64,000 nt of DNA from Acidobacteriota bacterium (GTDB lineage Bacteria; Acidobacteriota; UBA6911; RPQK01; JAJDTT01): assembly GCA_965209055.1 (NCBI GenBank), contig OZ242374.1, positions 800,001 through 864,000 of the forward strand, written 5' to 3'. The translations under genes were made by a program, and so were the position numbers. This document shows positions 10,337-20,370 of this stretch, piece by piece. The stretch's first letter is position 1, and each line of letters starts with the position of its first letter. Below the pieces are notes generated by a model that saw only the letters and a program-made list of their open reading frames with translations, ran no database searches and was not told the DNA's origin.

Positions 10337-11810
10337 CGTGGTCTCCGAGCACGTCTATGATGATCGGTTCCGTCTGCCGCCACTGGAAACTGAACGGCTC
10401 GGCCGATCGCATCCACTCCTTGATGGCTTGATGGGACAGACCGCGCTCTTTCAGAACTCCACACATAGTCGACACCACAAGACGCAGATCACGGATCGAC
10501 AACGGTGTGGCACGGACAGCCTCGGGGTGCGCGCTGACGTCCTGGTGAAGGGACTCAACTGGCAGCGCCGCTGCCACCAAGCGAAGAACGCGGTCGTATT
10601 GCGCTCCCAATGTTGGCGAAAGCCCTTCCCTGAGTGCTTTGATTGCCGGATAGTCGGTGGCGATGTCATAAGATATGCGGCTCTTGTTCTGTCGCCGAAT
10701 CCAAACCGGGAGACGATTGCTCGAAGCTTGTCGGGTGCCCCGACCCCGGTAGGTGCGCCGGGACCCTTCAACCATCCGCTCAACGATCTTCGCTAGGCGC
10801 TTGCGGACGGCAGGCGGGGGCTGCGCAGATGCCTTCTTGACGTCGATCTTCCATTCCGCGTCCATCGTATTCGGAATGTCGATTCCGATGCGAGCCAGCT
10901 TCGTCAGTTCTTGTTTTCGGGTAAGACGAAACCATGTACCGTGCACTATGAGGCGTCGGTTGCGGTAAAGGTAGAACCCCTGGTTACTGACATAGCCCTC
11001 AGGCCCAGCATACCGCTTCCATTCGGCAGTCGACACCTTGTCATGGTGAGGCAGAGTAACAGGGTGTATTCGAATCTCGCGGCCTCCAAGCCTCATTCTC
11101 TCTATCGGGTGATGCTGAGTCGCAGGATGGTTGGAGTGGAACGGATCGAAGGGCTCCAGTAGGTTGTCGTTCATCGACAAGCGAATCTTATGACGACCGG
11201 CCAAGAAACGATGAAACACGAACCTCAGGTGCCTTGCAGCCTCGGCCAACTGGCGCACCAAGTCGCTCCTCCCGGATGCCTCGACAAGGCGGTCGAGCTT
11301 TTCCCATACAACGAGTGTTCCGTCCGCCCGCAGACACCGCGACCAGCGTACTTCATCAACATCGCCGGGGATCTCGACCAGCCATCGATCGTTAGCGACG
11401 ACTGAATCGAGGTCCCAGCGCGCGCAGGAGATTTCGCCCTGATGTTGCGTTACGACCGTGACGCGTCGGCACTGCGAGAAAGATGCGGTCTTCAGGCCGA
11501 GACCAAATCGGCCGAGGTCGGCGTCGTCTCGTGCTTCGCGGGGGCTTCGGGTGCCCGGCCGCATTGCTTCACGCAACTGGCCCCAACTCATGCCACATCC
11601 GTTGTCCAGCACACCGATCGCCGGACGCTCGGCGTGAGTGTCTGCCAATATCTGAATCTTGCGTGCTCTGGCAGTGATTGAGTTGTCGATGACATCGGCA
11701 AGTGCGGTCTTCAGAGAGTAGCCCATGTCCCGCAGGCTCTCGATGAGGGCGGCTGGACTGGGCGCGAGCTCCAGTTCGAGCTCATGCTGTGGAGATGCCG
11801 TCTTGCTCAT
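10329..11810 (-). CDS. MORC/GHKL-family ATPase (HATPase_c_3)
   Basis: ADVIDNSI, DNGCGM, GRFGLGLKTASFS, GTLVVW and GFYLYRNRRLI. Confidence 0.92.
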   Translation of the reverse strand: MSKTASPQHELELELAPSPAALIESLRDMGYSLKTALADVIDNSITARARKIQILADTHAERPAIGVLDNGCGMSWGQLREAMRPGTRSPREARDDADLGRFGLGLKTASFSQCRRVTVVTQHQGEISCARWDLDSVVANDRWLVEIPGDVDEVRWSRCLRADGTLVVWEKLDRLVEASGRSDLVRQLAEAARHLRFVFHRFLAGRHKIRLSMNDNLLEPFDPFHSNHPATQHHPIERMRLGGREIRIHPVTLPHHDKVSTAEWKRYAGPEGYVSNQGFYLYRNRRLIVHGTWFRLTRKQELTKLARIGIDIPNTMDAEWKIDVKKASAQPPPAVRKRLAKIVERMVEGSRRTYRGRGTRQASSNRLPVWIRRQNKSRISYDIATDYPAIKALREGLSPTLGAQYDRVLRLVAAALPVESLHQDVSAHPEAVRATPLSIRDLRLVVSTMCGVLKERGLSHQAIKEWMRSAEPFSFQWRQTEPIIIDVLGDHDE

Positions 11811-13447
11811 GTGACCGCAGCCACGAGGGCGCCCGAAGCTGCCTGTTCGGGATATCGTACGGAGTCGTCGTGTGCGGGTCCACTGAACGTGCGAGTCTTG
11901 GTGCGCTCATACTCTCCGATCACATCGGCCACGCATCTCGCGATTTGTAGCGCCAAGTAGGGCGGTACGGCGTTCCCAACCTGAACGTACTGCCGAGTCC
12001 TGTCCCCCATGAAAAAGTAGTCGTCCGGGAAGGTTTGGAGCCGGGCAGCCTCACGGACGGTAAGGCTGCGACACTGTGTCGGGTCGGGATGAATGAAATA
12101 GTGGCCGTCCTTGGACATGTGGCTGGTGACCGTGCTCGAAGGACGATCACCGACTTGGACCCGGAAACGGTCGGCGAACTTCCCGGTTCCCCAGTTCGCA
12201 TGGTTTGGGGCCAGAATCTCTGGGAAGTCGGAAGCTTTCGGCGAGACTCCCTTGGCTTTCGCAAATGCGCTCGCGAACAGATACCGCTCTATATCGGCAG
12301 GCATATGCCGTCTCGTCTCGTTGTTAGGTAGTTGCGTCACCCGGGGGTCCCGTATCCAAGTGCGGAGAGGATCGGGGCAAGCCATCTCTGTGCCGCCCGG
12401 CGTGTTACCGTACTCGGGCACCGACCCCGTAACTGCGTCCCGCGTTTCGAGGATTTCGCTGCGGAATCGCGACATCTGATCCGAGGTCATGCGCGGCATC
12501 GGAAGGTCCCCAAGTCGCTTGCACGCTGCCACGACGACATCGCGCCATGCTTCAGAGTTGTCGGCGCGGCTGATTCGGCTGCGAAGCCGCGGCATCTGAC
12601 CGATGACATCTTTCACAGGGACTTGATGATCACTTTTCTCTAAGCGGAGGAGGTCACCCACCGGCAGGACCTTCGCGATGTCGCTCCGTACACAGACCAC
12701 GATGACTCGATGCCGGGCTTGTGGAACACCGTGCTCGTCAGCACGCACCAGGAAATCACTGGGTCTCCGGTCGTCCTTCCAGAGTCCACTGTCTGGTCCA
12801 GCGACCGTGTAGAGTCGATAGCTATCGGTCCCTGTGGCGTGGCGCAGACTCTTCAGGACCTTCTCGATGACCAGATCGTCACCAAGGCGAGCCGAGAGCA
12901 TCCCCTTAACGTTCTCCATAACGGCTACGGCAGGCCTGAGCGCGGCCAAGATCCTCACGTACTCGAAATACAGCGATTGCCGTGTGTCCTTCGCGGGATC
13001 GTAGTTCGCGTTACCTACATTCCTAGCCCTTCCGACGAGCGAGTACGACTGACACGGAGGGCCTCCGAGGAGCACGGCTTCGGGTCCCTGCCGTTCCCGT
13101 ATGCGGTGAATCCGCTTGTCAACCTCCTTGGTGGCACCCGGAGTCCCGAGTTCCAATCGCTGCGTCTCGTCGGCTGCTTCGGCCCACTGCTTCGGGTAGC
13201 TCCGTTGCCAGTCGGGTGCTCGGATGGCACCGCGATTCAGAAAGCTGTGGTATTCGGAAGGGTAATCTTGGCCGAACTTTCTCAGGAAAGCCCTCATGAG
13301 CAGCGTCTTGTGAGCCGACCGCTCCATCTCCACCGAGAGTGCGACCTCGAATCGCACCCGGCTTCGTCCGCCCCGGCACCTAGCGAACCCTTCGGCCAGC
13401 CCTCCAGGACCCGAAAAGAGGTCAACGACCGGGACTGCCTTGCTCAA
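11807..13447 (-). CDS. dcm: DNA cytosine-5 methyltransferase
   Basis: DLFSGPGG (motif I), GGPPCQ (IV), ENVKG (VI), QARHR (VIII), REAARLQTFPD and QVGNAVP; TTG start with a GAGG RBS. Confidence 0.95.
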   Translation of the reverse strand: MSKAVPVVDLFSGPGGLAEGFARCRGGRSRVRFEVALSVEMERSAHKTLLMRAFLRKFGQDYPSEYHSFLNRGAIRAPDWQRSYPKQWAEAADETQRLELGTPGATKEVDKRIHRIRERQGPEAVLLGGPPCQSYSLVGRARNVGNANYDPAKDTRQSLYFEYVRILAALRPAVAVMENVKGMLSARLGDDLVIEKVLKSLRHATGTDSYRLYTVAGPDSGLWKDDRRPSDFLVRADEHGVPQARHRVIVVCVRSDIAKVLPVGDLLRLEKSDHQVPVKDVIGQMPRLRSRISRADNSEAWRDVVVAACKRLGDLPMPRMTSDQMSRFRSEILETRDAVTGSVPEYGNTPGGTEMACPDPLRTWIRDPRVTQLPNNETRRHMPADIERYLFASAFAKAKGVSPKASDFPEILAPNHANWGTGKFADRFRVQVGDRPSSTVTSHMSKDGHYFIHPDPTQCRSLTVREAARLQTFPDDYFFMGDRTRQYVQVGNAVPPYLALQIARCVADVIGEYERTKTRTFSGPAHDDSVRYPEQAASGALVAAVT

Positions 13448-14190
13448 GGCCTTTCCTCGACCGCAAAAGACTCGCCCGAACGCGCTAGATCGGGCACCTC
13501 GCCGCTCCACGCGGCAGACTCCAATGGTCGCTTCAAGGTAACTCCACAGCTGATCTGGCGCCCCGAGATAGTCCCGCTTGGCGGGGCTCCCAGGACTGCC
13601 CAGCCCTGCCATCGGTCTTGAGTTCCGTTAGCGCAAACGCCATCGCTTGGTATCCGCATCTTGGGTCACGATTCCATCCGACTCCAGTAGCGCGAGCATC
13701 GTTCGAGATATGTGTCCCTCGTGTCCGGCGTGTCCATCGTAGATGCCCAGTCTGCGCCCAATATCCACGTTCCGTAGTCCTTGCGCCGTGTCCCGTTCCC
13801 GGAGGAGCATCACGATTGCCGCTTTCATGTCGGCGACCGCCTTCTGAGCAATACGATAAGCCTCGTCTACTCGATCCATTCGTCCTCCTGTGCTAAGGGG
13901 TGCCACATCGGAAAGCCGATCCCGGTGGTGTCGAGGATCCGATCTGCAACGGAGCTACCCGGCATATTGCCGTGCTCCGCCACCCGCCCCCAAACAAATC
14001 CCTCGGCCAGCCCTCCTGGACCCGAGAAGAGACCGACGACCGTGACCGCCTTGTTCACAGACTGTCCTCGACCGCGATGGACTCGGCCACACGCGCGTGA
14101 TCGAGCATGACGTCTCTCCGGGTGGGAAATTTCGATGGTCGCTTCAAGGTAACTCCACAGCGGCTTGGGGGACCGAGCACGTCCCGCTTC
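13387..14190 (-). repeat. Diverged ~200-bp direct duplication of the dcm leader and first ~20 codons (13387-13580 vs 13998-14190)
   Basis: Constant 611-bp offset; identical 27-mer ATGGTCGCTTCAAGGTAACTCCACAGC at 13524-13550 and 14135-14161; the copy reads NKAVTVVGLFSGPGGLAEGF. Confidence 0.85.
13628..13879 (-). CDS. Small winged-helix-like protein upstream of dcm
   Basis: AGGAGG RBS; 83 aa with a GLRNVDIGRRLGI...ISRTMLALLESDGIV..D..KRWRL pattern resembling a wHTH. Confidence 0.65.
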   Translation of the reverse strand: MDRVDEAYRIAQKAVADMKAAIVMLLRERDTAQGLRNVDIGRRLGIYDGHAGHEGHISRTMLALLESDGIVTQDADTKRWRLR

Positions 14191-14793
14191 GTGGGAGGAT
14201 ATCGAAGGAATGGACTACCTGTCCATGGACCCGTGTCTGTTGGGGCGCGGCCCGGAACCTCCGCTGCAATTGTCCTCTCGGGCCGCCAGCAGTCGCGCTG
14301 GACTCCCGCCGGGCCGTACTCGCCTCAGCCGGTCCCGGCTACGATACCTCGACCACGCTCTGCTCATGGCGTGCCGCACACGGGCGACTCTGGAAAGCGG
14401 TGACGTAGAGGGCCGGGCCGTCGCGGTGGCATAGTGGCGCGCGCCCCGCAGGCAACTCGATCGGGCTTGGATCAACATCAGCCGCCCTTCGACTCTCCGG
14501 CTAGATTGAAACCAATTGCAGATTGAATCCGTAGAATGTTGCCTTTCGGGCCAGGCCCTGGACCGGGCGCTGGGCCTGGAGCGGACCCCGCCGCCGACCT
14601 CCACCACACGTTCCGAGTTCAGACCTTCCGGGGTTCGGTCCCGGTCCTCGTCCAAGGGGACGCCGAAAATCCACCTGCACCTGCGGACCCCAGTGGCACG
14701 TGTCGCCTGTGGTCATCCCTGGATCACGCACCATGTGTCGTGAACGGACGCCTTGCAGAACCCTAACAGGTCTTCCGGATTCTTCTCCGGGTG

Positions 14794-14995
14794 CTTCCCG
14801 ACAGGGATATTTTGGAAGGGAGCGACCCCCCCAGGGGGTGTGGCGCAGATGTAAATTGCGCCACACCCCCGCGCCCGCACCGGGCAGGAAAAAGGGGGGG
14901 TCGCTCCCTTCCACCTCCGCTTTCCCCGTGCGGGCACGGCGAAGCCGGGAATGTGGCCGCAACTGCATGAGCGACAAAGAGATCGGGGAAATCGC
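14794..14995 (+). ncRNA. Conserved structured non-coding motif, copy 1 (RNA or ssDNA; function unknown)
   Basis: Outer stem TGGAAGGGAGCGACCCCCC/GGGGGGTCGCTCCCTTCCA; inner stem GGGGGTGTGGCGCA/TGCGCCACACCCCC; crossing helix GCCCGCAC/GTGCGGGC. Confidence 0.5.
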
Positions 14996-15551
14996 GTGTG
15001 TAAGTAGGCAGACTCCCATGATGTAAGTTGCCCCCTTTGTCTCCCTTACACTCCTGGATCGACACGGTGTGTTGCTCTGTACCCGTCAAAATGAGGTCCC
15101 CGGCAAGCGTGTCGTCCGGCACGAGAGCGTCGCGAACGTCGTCGTCGATCTCCACGCCGGCGGCGCGATCTTCCGCCCATGGTCGCAACTCGATGGCCGG
15201 TTTCAGCGAGGCCGTGACGCTGCCATAGCCGTCGAATCGGCCCGCGTTCCTTGCAGCACACTCCGCATTTCTGGAAGAAGATTGCCTGACACGAAGGCCA
15301 ATGGAGGTCTGGCTCGGCCAGCACGAGGGCGACACCGGGAGCCAAGGAGTGCCAGACCTAGTTCCTGAACGGCGATCAGATCCAGTACGGGATTGTCTCC
15401 AGGCCCGGAACAAGATCAATTTCGATCCGCCAGATCACTCCGCCCAGCCAGCGGGGCCGTCCACAGACGCTTGTACGAGCACTGGCCCGCGGCGGCTTGC
15501 ACACCGCGCCGTTGCGCGGTGCACCGCCACGCGCTGAGGCGATCCAAACGG

Positions 15552-15700
15552 CTTCCCGCAGGGATCAATGGGACGGGAGCGACCCCCCGAGGCGATGGCA
15601 CGGAGAGTGCCCATCAGCCTGCCCCGCTTTGCCGATCCGGGAGGCAAAAAAGGGGGGTCGCTCCCGTCCACCTCCGCTTTCCCCGAGCGGCACCGCCGAG
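15552..15700 (+). ncRNA. Conserved structured non-coding motif, copy 2 (most diverged)
   Basis: Same outer stem with a C-G substitution; inner hairpin replaced by a different sequence that still pairs; crossing helix CCGCT/AGCGG. Confidence 0.45.
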
Positions 15701-15913
15701 CCGCGATCCGATCCGGAACTCGAACGGGGACAGCAGTTTAGAGAAAAGTAGCCGTGCACGTCGAAGTGGCCTCCTGGCGCACATGCCTCCCGTTGTCTCC
15801 TGTGCACTCCCCGGGCGGCACGGAACCCCACTTTCCGGCGGTCCAGTTCGAGCTCGCGGACGCCGGCTCGAACGCCAGATTACGAAGCCTGCCGGGAGGA
15901 CGACCACGGCGGA

Positions 15914-16133
15914 TCAACGGAGCCGGCCGGCTACCCGTTCCGGACTCTCGCCGGCCAGATAGTTCGCCCAGTCCACCATGAGCCGACACCGGCGCTCGAA
16001 CAGGTCCGTCCGCCGATACGCCGCCTCGACCTTGTTCTTCACCACCTGCGCCAGCGCCGCCTCGACGACCTTGCGCGGATGGTCCGTCTCCTCCTCTGCC
16101 CGGTCCCGGCACGACGACCGGAACCCGTGCGCA
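15914..16133 (-). pseudogene. 3' remnant of a second P4-like integrase
   Basis: Reads HGFRSSCRDRAEEETDHPRKVVEAALAQVVKNKVEAAYRRTDLFERR, nearly identical to the C terminus of 16800-18035. Confidence 0.85.
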
Positions 16134-16435
16134 CGGCCACGATGTCATTCTGGTGGAGTCGCCGGCGCAGCCGCATTTCTGTGGACTCGGCACCGCGTGG
16201 CGCAAGGATCCGGGACACCGAAAGGAATCAGTGGGCAGAGACGGCGACGCTTGGAGCCAAATCGTCCCCCGCCTGGATCACCGCACGCAGCATCGGCTCG
16301 TGAACCGCGATCCGATCCGATCCGGGATTGTCTCCAAGTCCGGGAAGGGGATCCTATCCGGTGCGCCAGATCACTGCCGCCGCTCCACCCGGAACGAGGG
16401 CCACGTTTCTCCACTTCATAGGGCGTTTCTTCCAC

Positions 16436-16690
16436 CTTCCCGTCAGGGATCAATTGGATGGGAGCGACCCCCCCAGGGGGTGTGGCGCAAATGTGAATGG
16501 CGCCACACCCCCGCGCCCGCACCGGGCAGGAAAAAGGGGGGGTCGCTCCCATCCACCTCCGCTTTCCCCGTGCGGGCGCGGCGAAGCCGGGAAAGTGGCC
16601 GTAACTGACTGAAAGGAAAAAAGATCGGGAAAGCGGAGTTGTGAATCGCCGGGACCGCTTTTTGTGAATCCGCCCCGCATGTCCCGTTCA
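16436..16690 (+). ncRNA. Conserved structured non-coding motif, copy 3
   Basis: Outer stem TGGATGGGAGCGACCCCCC/GGGGGGTCGCTCCCATCCA; crossing helix CCGCGCCCGCAC/GTGCGGGCGCGG; about 110 bp past the integrase stop, convergent with it. Confidence 0.5.
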
Positions 16691-16799
16691 CACTCCCGTA
16701 CGGGCACGACACGACACTTTTCAGCGGTCAAAACCGACCTCCCGGATGCCAACTCGGACGCCAGATCCCGAAGCCGGCCGGGAGGACCACCACGGCGGC

Positions 16800-18035
16800 T
16801 CAACGCCGCCGGCCGGACACCAGTTGCCGGCTCCCGCCGGCCAGATAGCCCGCCCAGTCCTCCATGAGCACGCGCCGCCGCTCGAACAGGTCCGTGCGCC
16901 GGTACGCCGCCTCCACCTTGTTCTTCACCACATGCGCCAGCGCCGCCTCGACCACCTCGCGTGGATGATCCGTCTCCTCCGCCGCCCAGTCCCGGAAACT
17001 CGACCGGAACCCGTGCGGCACGGCCGCGATCCCGTTCCGGCGCAGCAGCTTGCGCAACCGGCCGGAGCCGAGCGGCTTTCCGCCCCTTCGGGCGAAGATC
17101 AACCGGGCGGCTCCATGATCCAGCGTGCGGGCCTTCTCCAGGATCTCATTCGCCCGGCGGCACAAAGGCACCCGGTGCGCCCGTTTGGTCTTCATGCGCA
17201 TTCCGGGAACCGTCCACATCCCTTGCGCCGGATCGATCTCCGGCCATTCGGCCCACCGCACCTCGCCCCACCTCGCCGCTGTAAGCACCAGGAACTCGAA
17301 GGCCAGCAGGGACACGGGCATCGCGTTGGAGGCCCGCACCTTCCGGAGGGCCGCCCCCACCTCGCGATGCGGCAAGGCCGGCATGTGCCGCACCACGTCG
17401 TCCTGTGCTCCGAGGACCGCCACGACGCGGTCGCAGGGGTTGTCGGTCCGGTATTCCATCGCCACGGCCCACTCCAGGACCGTGCGGAGGCGCTGTCGCA
17501 CGGTCCGGGCCGTCTTCGACTTCACGTGCCAGATGGGCACCAGGATCTCCAGGACGTCGCCGCTGGTCACCTCCGAGACCGGCATCCGGCCGATGCACGG
17601 AAAGGCGTAGCGTCGAAAGCTCGCCATCCAGTCGTGGGCCTGCCTTGGATTGCGCCAGCCGGGCCGCTTCTGCTCCACCACCCGCTCGGCGGCTTCGGCG
17701 AAGGTGGGCATGGTCCGCGTGCGTCGTCTCTCGGTCAGGGGATCCCCACCTTCGCGGGCCAGCTTGCGGTTGGCCCGCGCCTTCTCGCGGGCCTCGGCCA
17801 GGGACACCAGCGCCACACCGCCGAGACCGAAGTCGCGGCGGCGACCGCGGATGACGAGGCGTTGGATCCAGCTTCGGGCTCCGTTAGGCTTGACGAAGAG
17901 GTACAGGCCGTTGCCGTCGCAGTGTTTGCCCGGTGGGGCGGAGCGGACGAACGCGGCGGAAAGGGCCTTGTGGGGGTGCCGGCCCTTCGGTTTGGATTTC
18001 CGGGGCGGAGCGGGAGAAACAGTTACATCTATCAT
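16800..18035 (-). CDS. P4-like tyrosine integrase (arm-binding DUF4102 domain plus catalytic domain)
   Basis: DGNGLYL, VSLAEAREKA, TAARWGE, MKTKRAHRVPL, HGFRSSFRDW, ALAH and catalytic AYRR. Confidence 0.95.
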   Translation of the reverse strand: MIDVTVSPAPPRKSKPKGRHPHKALSAAFVRSAPPGKHCDGNGLYLFVKPNGARSWIQRLVIRGRRRDFGLGGVALVSLAEAREKARANRKLAREGGDPLTERRRTRTMPTFAEAAERVVEQKRPGWRNPRQAHDWMASFRRYAFPCIGRMPVSEVTSGDVLEILVPIWHVKSKTARTVRQRLRTVLEWAVAMEYRTDNPCDRVVAVLGAQDDVVRHMPALPHREVGAALRKVRASNAMPVSLLAFEFLVLTAARWGEVRWAEWPEIDPAQGMWTVPGMRMKTKRAHRVPLCRRANEILEKARTLDHGAARLIFARRGGKPLGSGRLRKLLRRNGIAAVPHGFRSSFRDWAAEETDHPREVVEAALAHVVKNKVEAAYRRTDLFERRRVLMEDWAGYLAGGSRQLVSGRRR

Positions 18036-18224
18036 TACACCATAATAAACGGGAACGGGATGGATATCAAGGGATGTCAGGGGAGGACGAAACGGGGTGA
18101 GAACAGTTATAAACTTAATAAATACAACGACTTAAAAGACATTCCGGGATCTCTTTGGATTTCTCTGGATTCAATGGACATGTTGCCGTCCCCCCTACCC
18201 CCCCCCCCCCCCCCCCCCCCCCAA

Positions 18225-18250
18225 TCGGCGGTAAGAAAACCGCCGCTCCT
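18225..18250. repeat. REP-like palindrome
   Basis: CGGCGGT-AAGAAA-ACCGCCG-CTCC; same family at 30170, 30204, 34066, 39219, 45809 and 56977. Confidence 0.75.
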
Positions 18251-18254
18251 CCCC

Positions 18255-19952
18255 TCATTCGTCCCTCGTCGCTGCGATCCGCTCGATGAGCATTCCAGCC
18301 GGGTCCGGCGACGCCGCGCTGGAGCGCACCCGCAAGTAGCTCAGAGGATCGCTGTCGTTGTTCAGACGGGGCAGATCCAATGCGGTCTTGCCGTCGACCA
18401 CCACCGAGCAGCGGTTGCGATTCAGGTCCCAGGCGAGGCGGAGAGCATGCCAGCGGCCCTTGGCCAGGACCGGTCCGCCCTCGATCCTTCCAGCGGCGTC
18501 TAAATGAAGCCGGAAAACCTCCAACCGTTCGGCCGCCGGCTCAGCCGGCTGAATAAACCGGTCGGCGAGAGCGATGACTCCGCCCCCGAAGCCTTCCGGC
18601 AGCAGGACCCGGAGTGAGACCTGCCCTCGCCTTCCGGCCGGAAAGTTCCAGACCGCCTCGTCGCCGCTCTTCTCATCGGGCCGCCGCACCTGAAGCGACT
18701 TGGCGCCCTCCCGGGTGGGATGATCCACCAGCCGGGGACCCTGGACTCGGTCGCGCCAGTAGTATTCGGCGGGCCCGAAGGGCTTGAAGACGCTCCAGCC
18801 TTCCAACCCCGCCGAGAAGTCGTCCTCACGGGTGGTGGCCCCGATCCATTCCGGGTCGATGCGCACCAGGGCGATCCGGCCCTGCCCCTGACCCGTCGCC
18901 AGGATGACCTGTCCGTCACGGGTCGCCGTGGAAAACGGATAGGCGGTTCCTCGGTCGCCCCGCCGGGGAGGGGGCCGGTTGCGGTTGGGATCCCGGAAGG
19001 CCTCCCGAAATCCCTTCCAGGTCCGTCCTTCGTCGCCGGAGATGGCCACGTGGAGGGCATCGCGTGTCGTGTACACGGGCTCCCCGTCCACACGGGACGG
19101 GTTCTCGCAGTTGTTCCAGAACACCACCAGCCGGCCGTCGGGCAGGCGCAACAGGTTGGCCGGAGAGTTGGAGGAGCGGAAGCGGGTGGGCCTGGCCTCG
19201 GACCACTCGACCCCGTCCGGGGAGAACGATTCGTAGAGGAATCCTGTCTGGGTCCGGATCAACATCCAGACCCGTCCGTCCCGAAGCTGGACCGCCACCG
19301 GTTCGGTCGCGCCGTAGTTACTGCCGATGTAGCCGCTGTGGCAGGGAGAGGTGAGCCGCGCCGGCGAGAGCCGCCAGCTCCGGCCGCCGTCGTCCGAGGT
19401 GCTAGTGGTGACCACGTGGGACCCCGTGGGCGGCTCCGACCGCAATCCCGGAACCCAGAACTGGTGGGGCACTACGATCCTTCCGCTCTCGAGTTGGAGG
19501 ACCCCGTTCAGGGCGCCCACGTAGCCTTCGAAGATCCTCTTGGGATCGGACCACCGCGAGCGGCCGTCCCGCGTCGCCGCGTGCCAGATGTCGTAGAAGT
19601 AATCCACCGTCGGCGTCCGCCCGGCACCCCGCAGCACCAGCATGAAGGCGTGGAGCTCTCCCTCCCGGTCCACCAGAACCACCGGAACTCCGGCGGGATT
19701 CCTGAAGTCGAACTCGACCCGGGGCTCGCTCCAGGTGGCTCCTCCGTCGATGGAGCGGATCGAGGCGCAGTGTTTTCCGGAGACCATGTAGAGAATGCAG
19801 AGTTCGCCTCCCGGCAGCGTCACGATCGCCTTGCCGGGCGGAGACGCCTGGAGCAACACCGGCGGCTCGGCGCTCCGGACCGGAGTTTCCAGACCGACCA
19901 TGAGCAGGGTCGTCAGGAAATAATTTCGAACGATGCGGCCGGAATGGGTCAT
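18255..19952 (-). CDS. Secreted BNR/Asp-box sialidase-family protein
   Basis: Several SxDGGxTW boxes (SIDGGATW, SDDGGRSW, SGDEGRTW), EP..VQLRDG...MLIRT and AYP; signal-peptide-like start chosen at MTHSG. Confidence 0.8.
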   Translation of the reverse strand: MTHSGRIVRNYFLTTLLMVGLETPVRSAEPPVLLQASPPGKAIVTLPGGELCILYMVSGKHCASIRSIDGGATWSEPRVEFDFRNPAGVPVVLVDREGELHAFMLVLRGAGRTPTVDYFYDIWHAATRDGRSRWSDPKRIFEGYVGALNGVLQLESGRIVVPHQFWVPGLRSEPPTGSHVVTTSTSDDGGRSWRLSPARLTSPCHSGYIGSNYGATEPVAVQLRDGRVWMLIRTQTGFLYESFSPDGVEWSEARPTRFRSSNSPANLLRLPDGRLVVFWNNCENPSRVDGEPVYTTRDALHVAISGDEGRTWKGFREAFRDPNRNRPPPRRGDRGTAYPFSTATRDGQVILATGQGQGRIALVRIDPEWIGATTREDDFSAGLEGWSVFKPFGPAEYYWRDRVQGPRLVDHPTREGAKSLQVRRPDEKSGDEAVWNFPAGRRGQVSLRVLLPEGFGGGVIALADRFIQPAEPAAERLEVFRLHLDAAGRIEGGPVLAKGRWHALRLAWDLNRNRCSVVVDGKTALDLPRLNNDSDPLSYLRVRSSAASPDPAGMLIERIAATRDE

Positions 19953-20370
19953 CCCATCGTGAATCGTAGTCCACCGGAGACACGAAGTGGAATCGGAATG
20001 TCGGAGGCGAGTGGAACTGGACCGCCAACGGTGTGAACACTGTCCAGCGTGTCGGCTCAGAGATTTGCCTACTACGAAACGCAGACGGACAAGGTAAAAT
20101 CGGCCGGACAAATAATTCCAGAAGTAGTATCGCATCGACTTGCTACGGTCACCGAGGGTTTCTCCCGCAAATGTCATGTCCAATTGGGGGTAACAGGGAC
20201 AGCTTGGCCAAACGCAGCCGCAGTTTCATGGTCGAGATCGACGAAGAGTTGATCGGAGGCTATCTTGGGACAGCCTCGTCGCCTTTCGATGCCGGCGGTC
20301 GCCGGCACTGCTGCGGCAACATGGTCGACGATCGGGCAACTGAGAGCCAGAAAGAAATCCAGATAGATCA

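Larger units (their letters stand above)
1798..18193. mobile_element. Integrative defence island (~16.4 kb) with a P4-like integrase, inserted in a REP-like hairpin
   Basis: 10-bp direct repeat TGCCGTCCCC at 1798-1807 and 18184-18193; integrase at the right end; AT-rich arm-like ends; the joined flanks rebuild a REP cluster matching the one at 39175-39241. Confidence 0.8.

Noticed and set aside
14794-16690. Motif copies as a CRISPR-like or regular array
   Set aside because: The units are ~200 nt, irregularly spaced and interleaved with integrase remnants.
14215-16803. Many short ORFs sharing peptides such as GSDPPFF / GATPPF
   Set aside because: They are translations of the repeated non-coding motif, with inconsistent frames and starts.
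18198-18222. C25 homopolymer as a phase-variation switch
   Set aside because: It is intergenic within a REP cluster whose counterpart near 39210 has a short C tract; the length may be a sequencing artefact.
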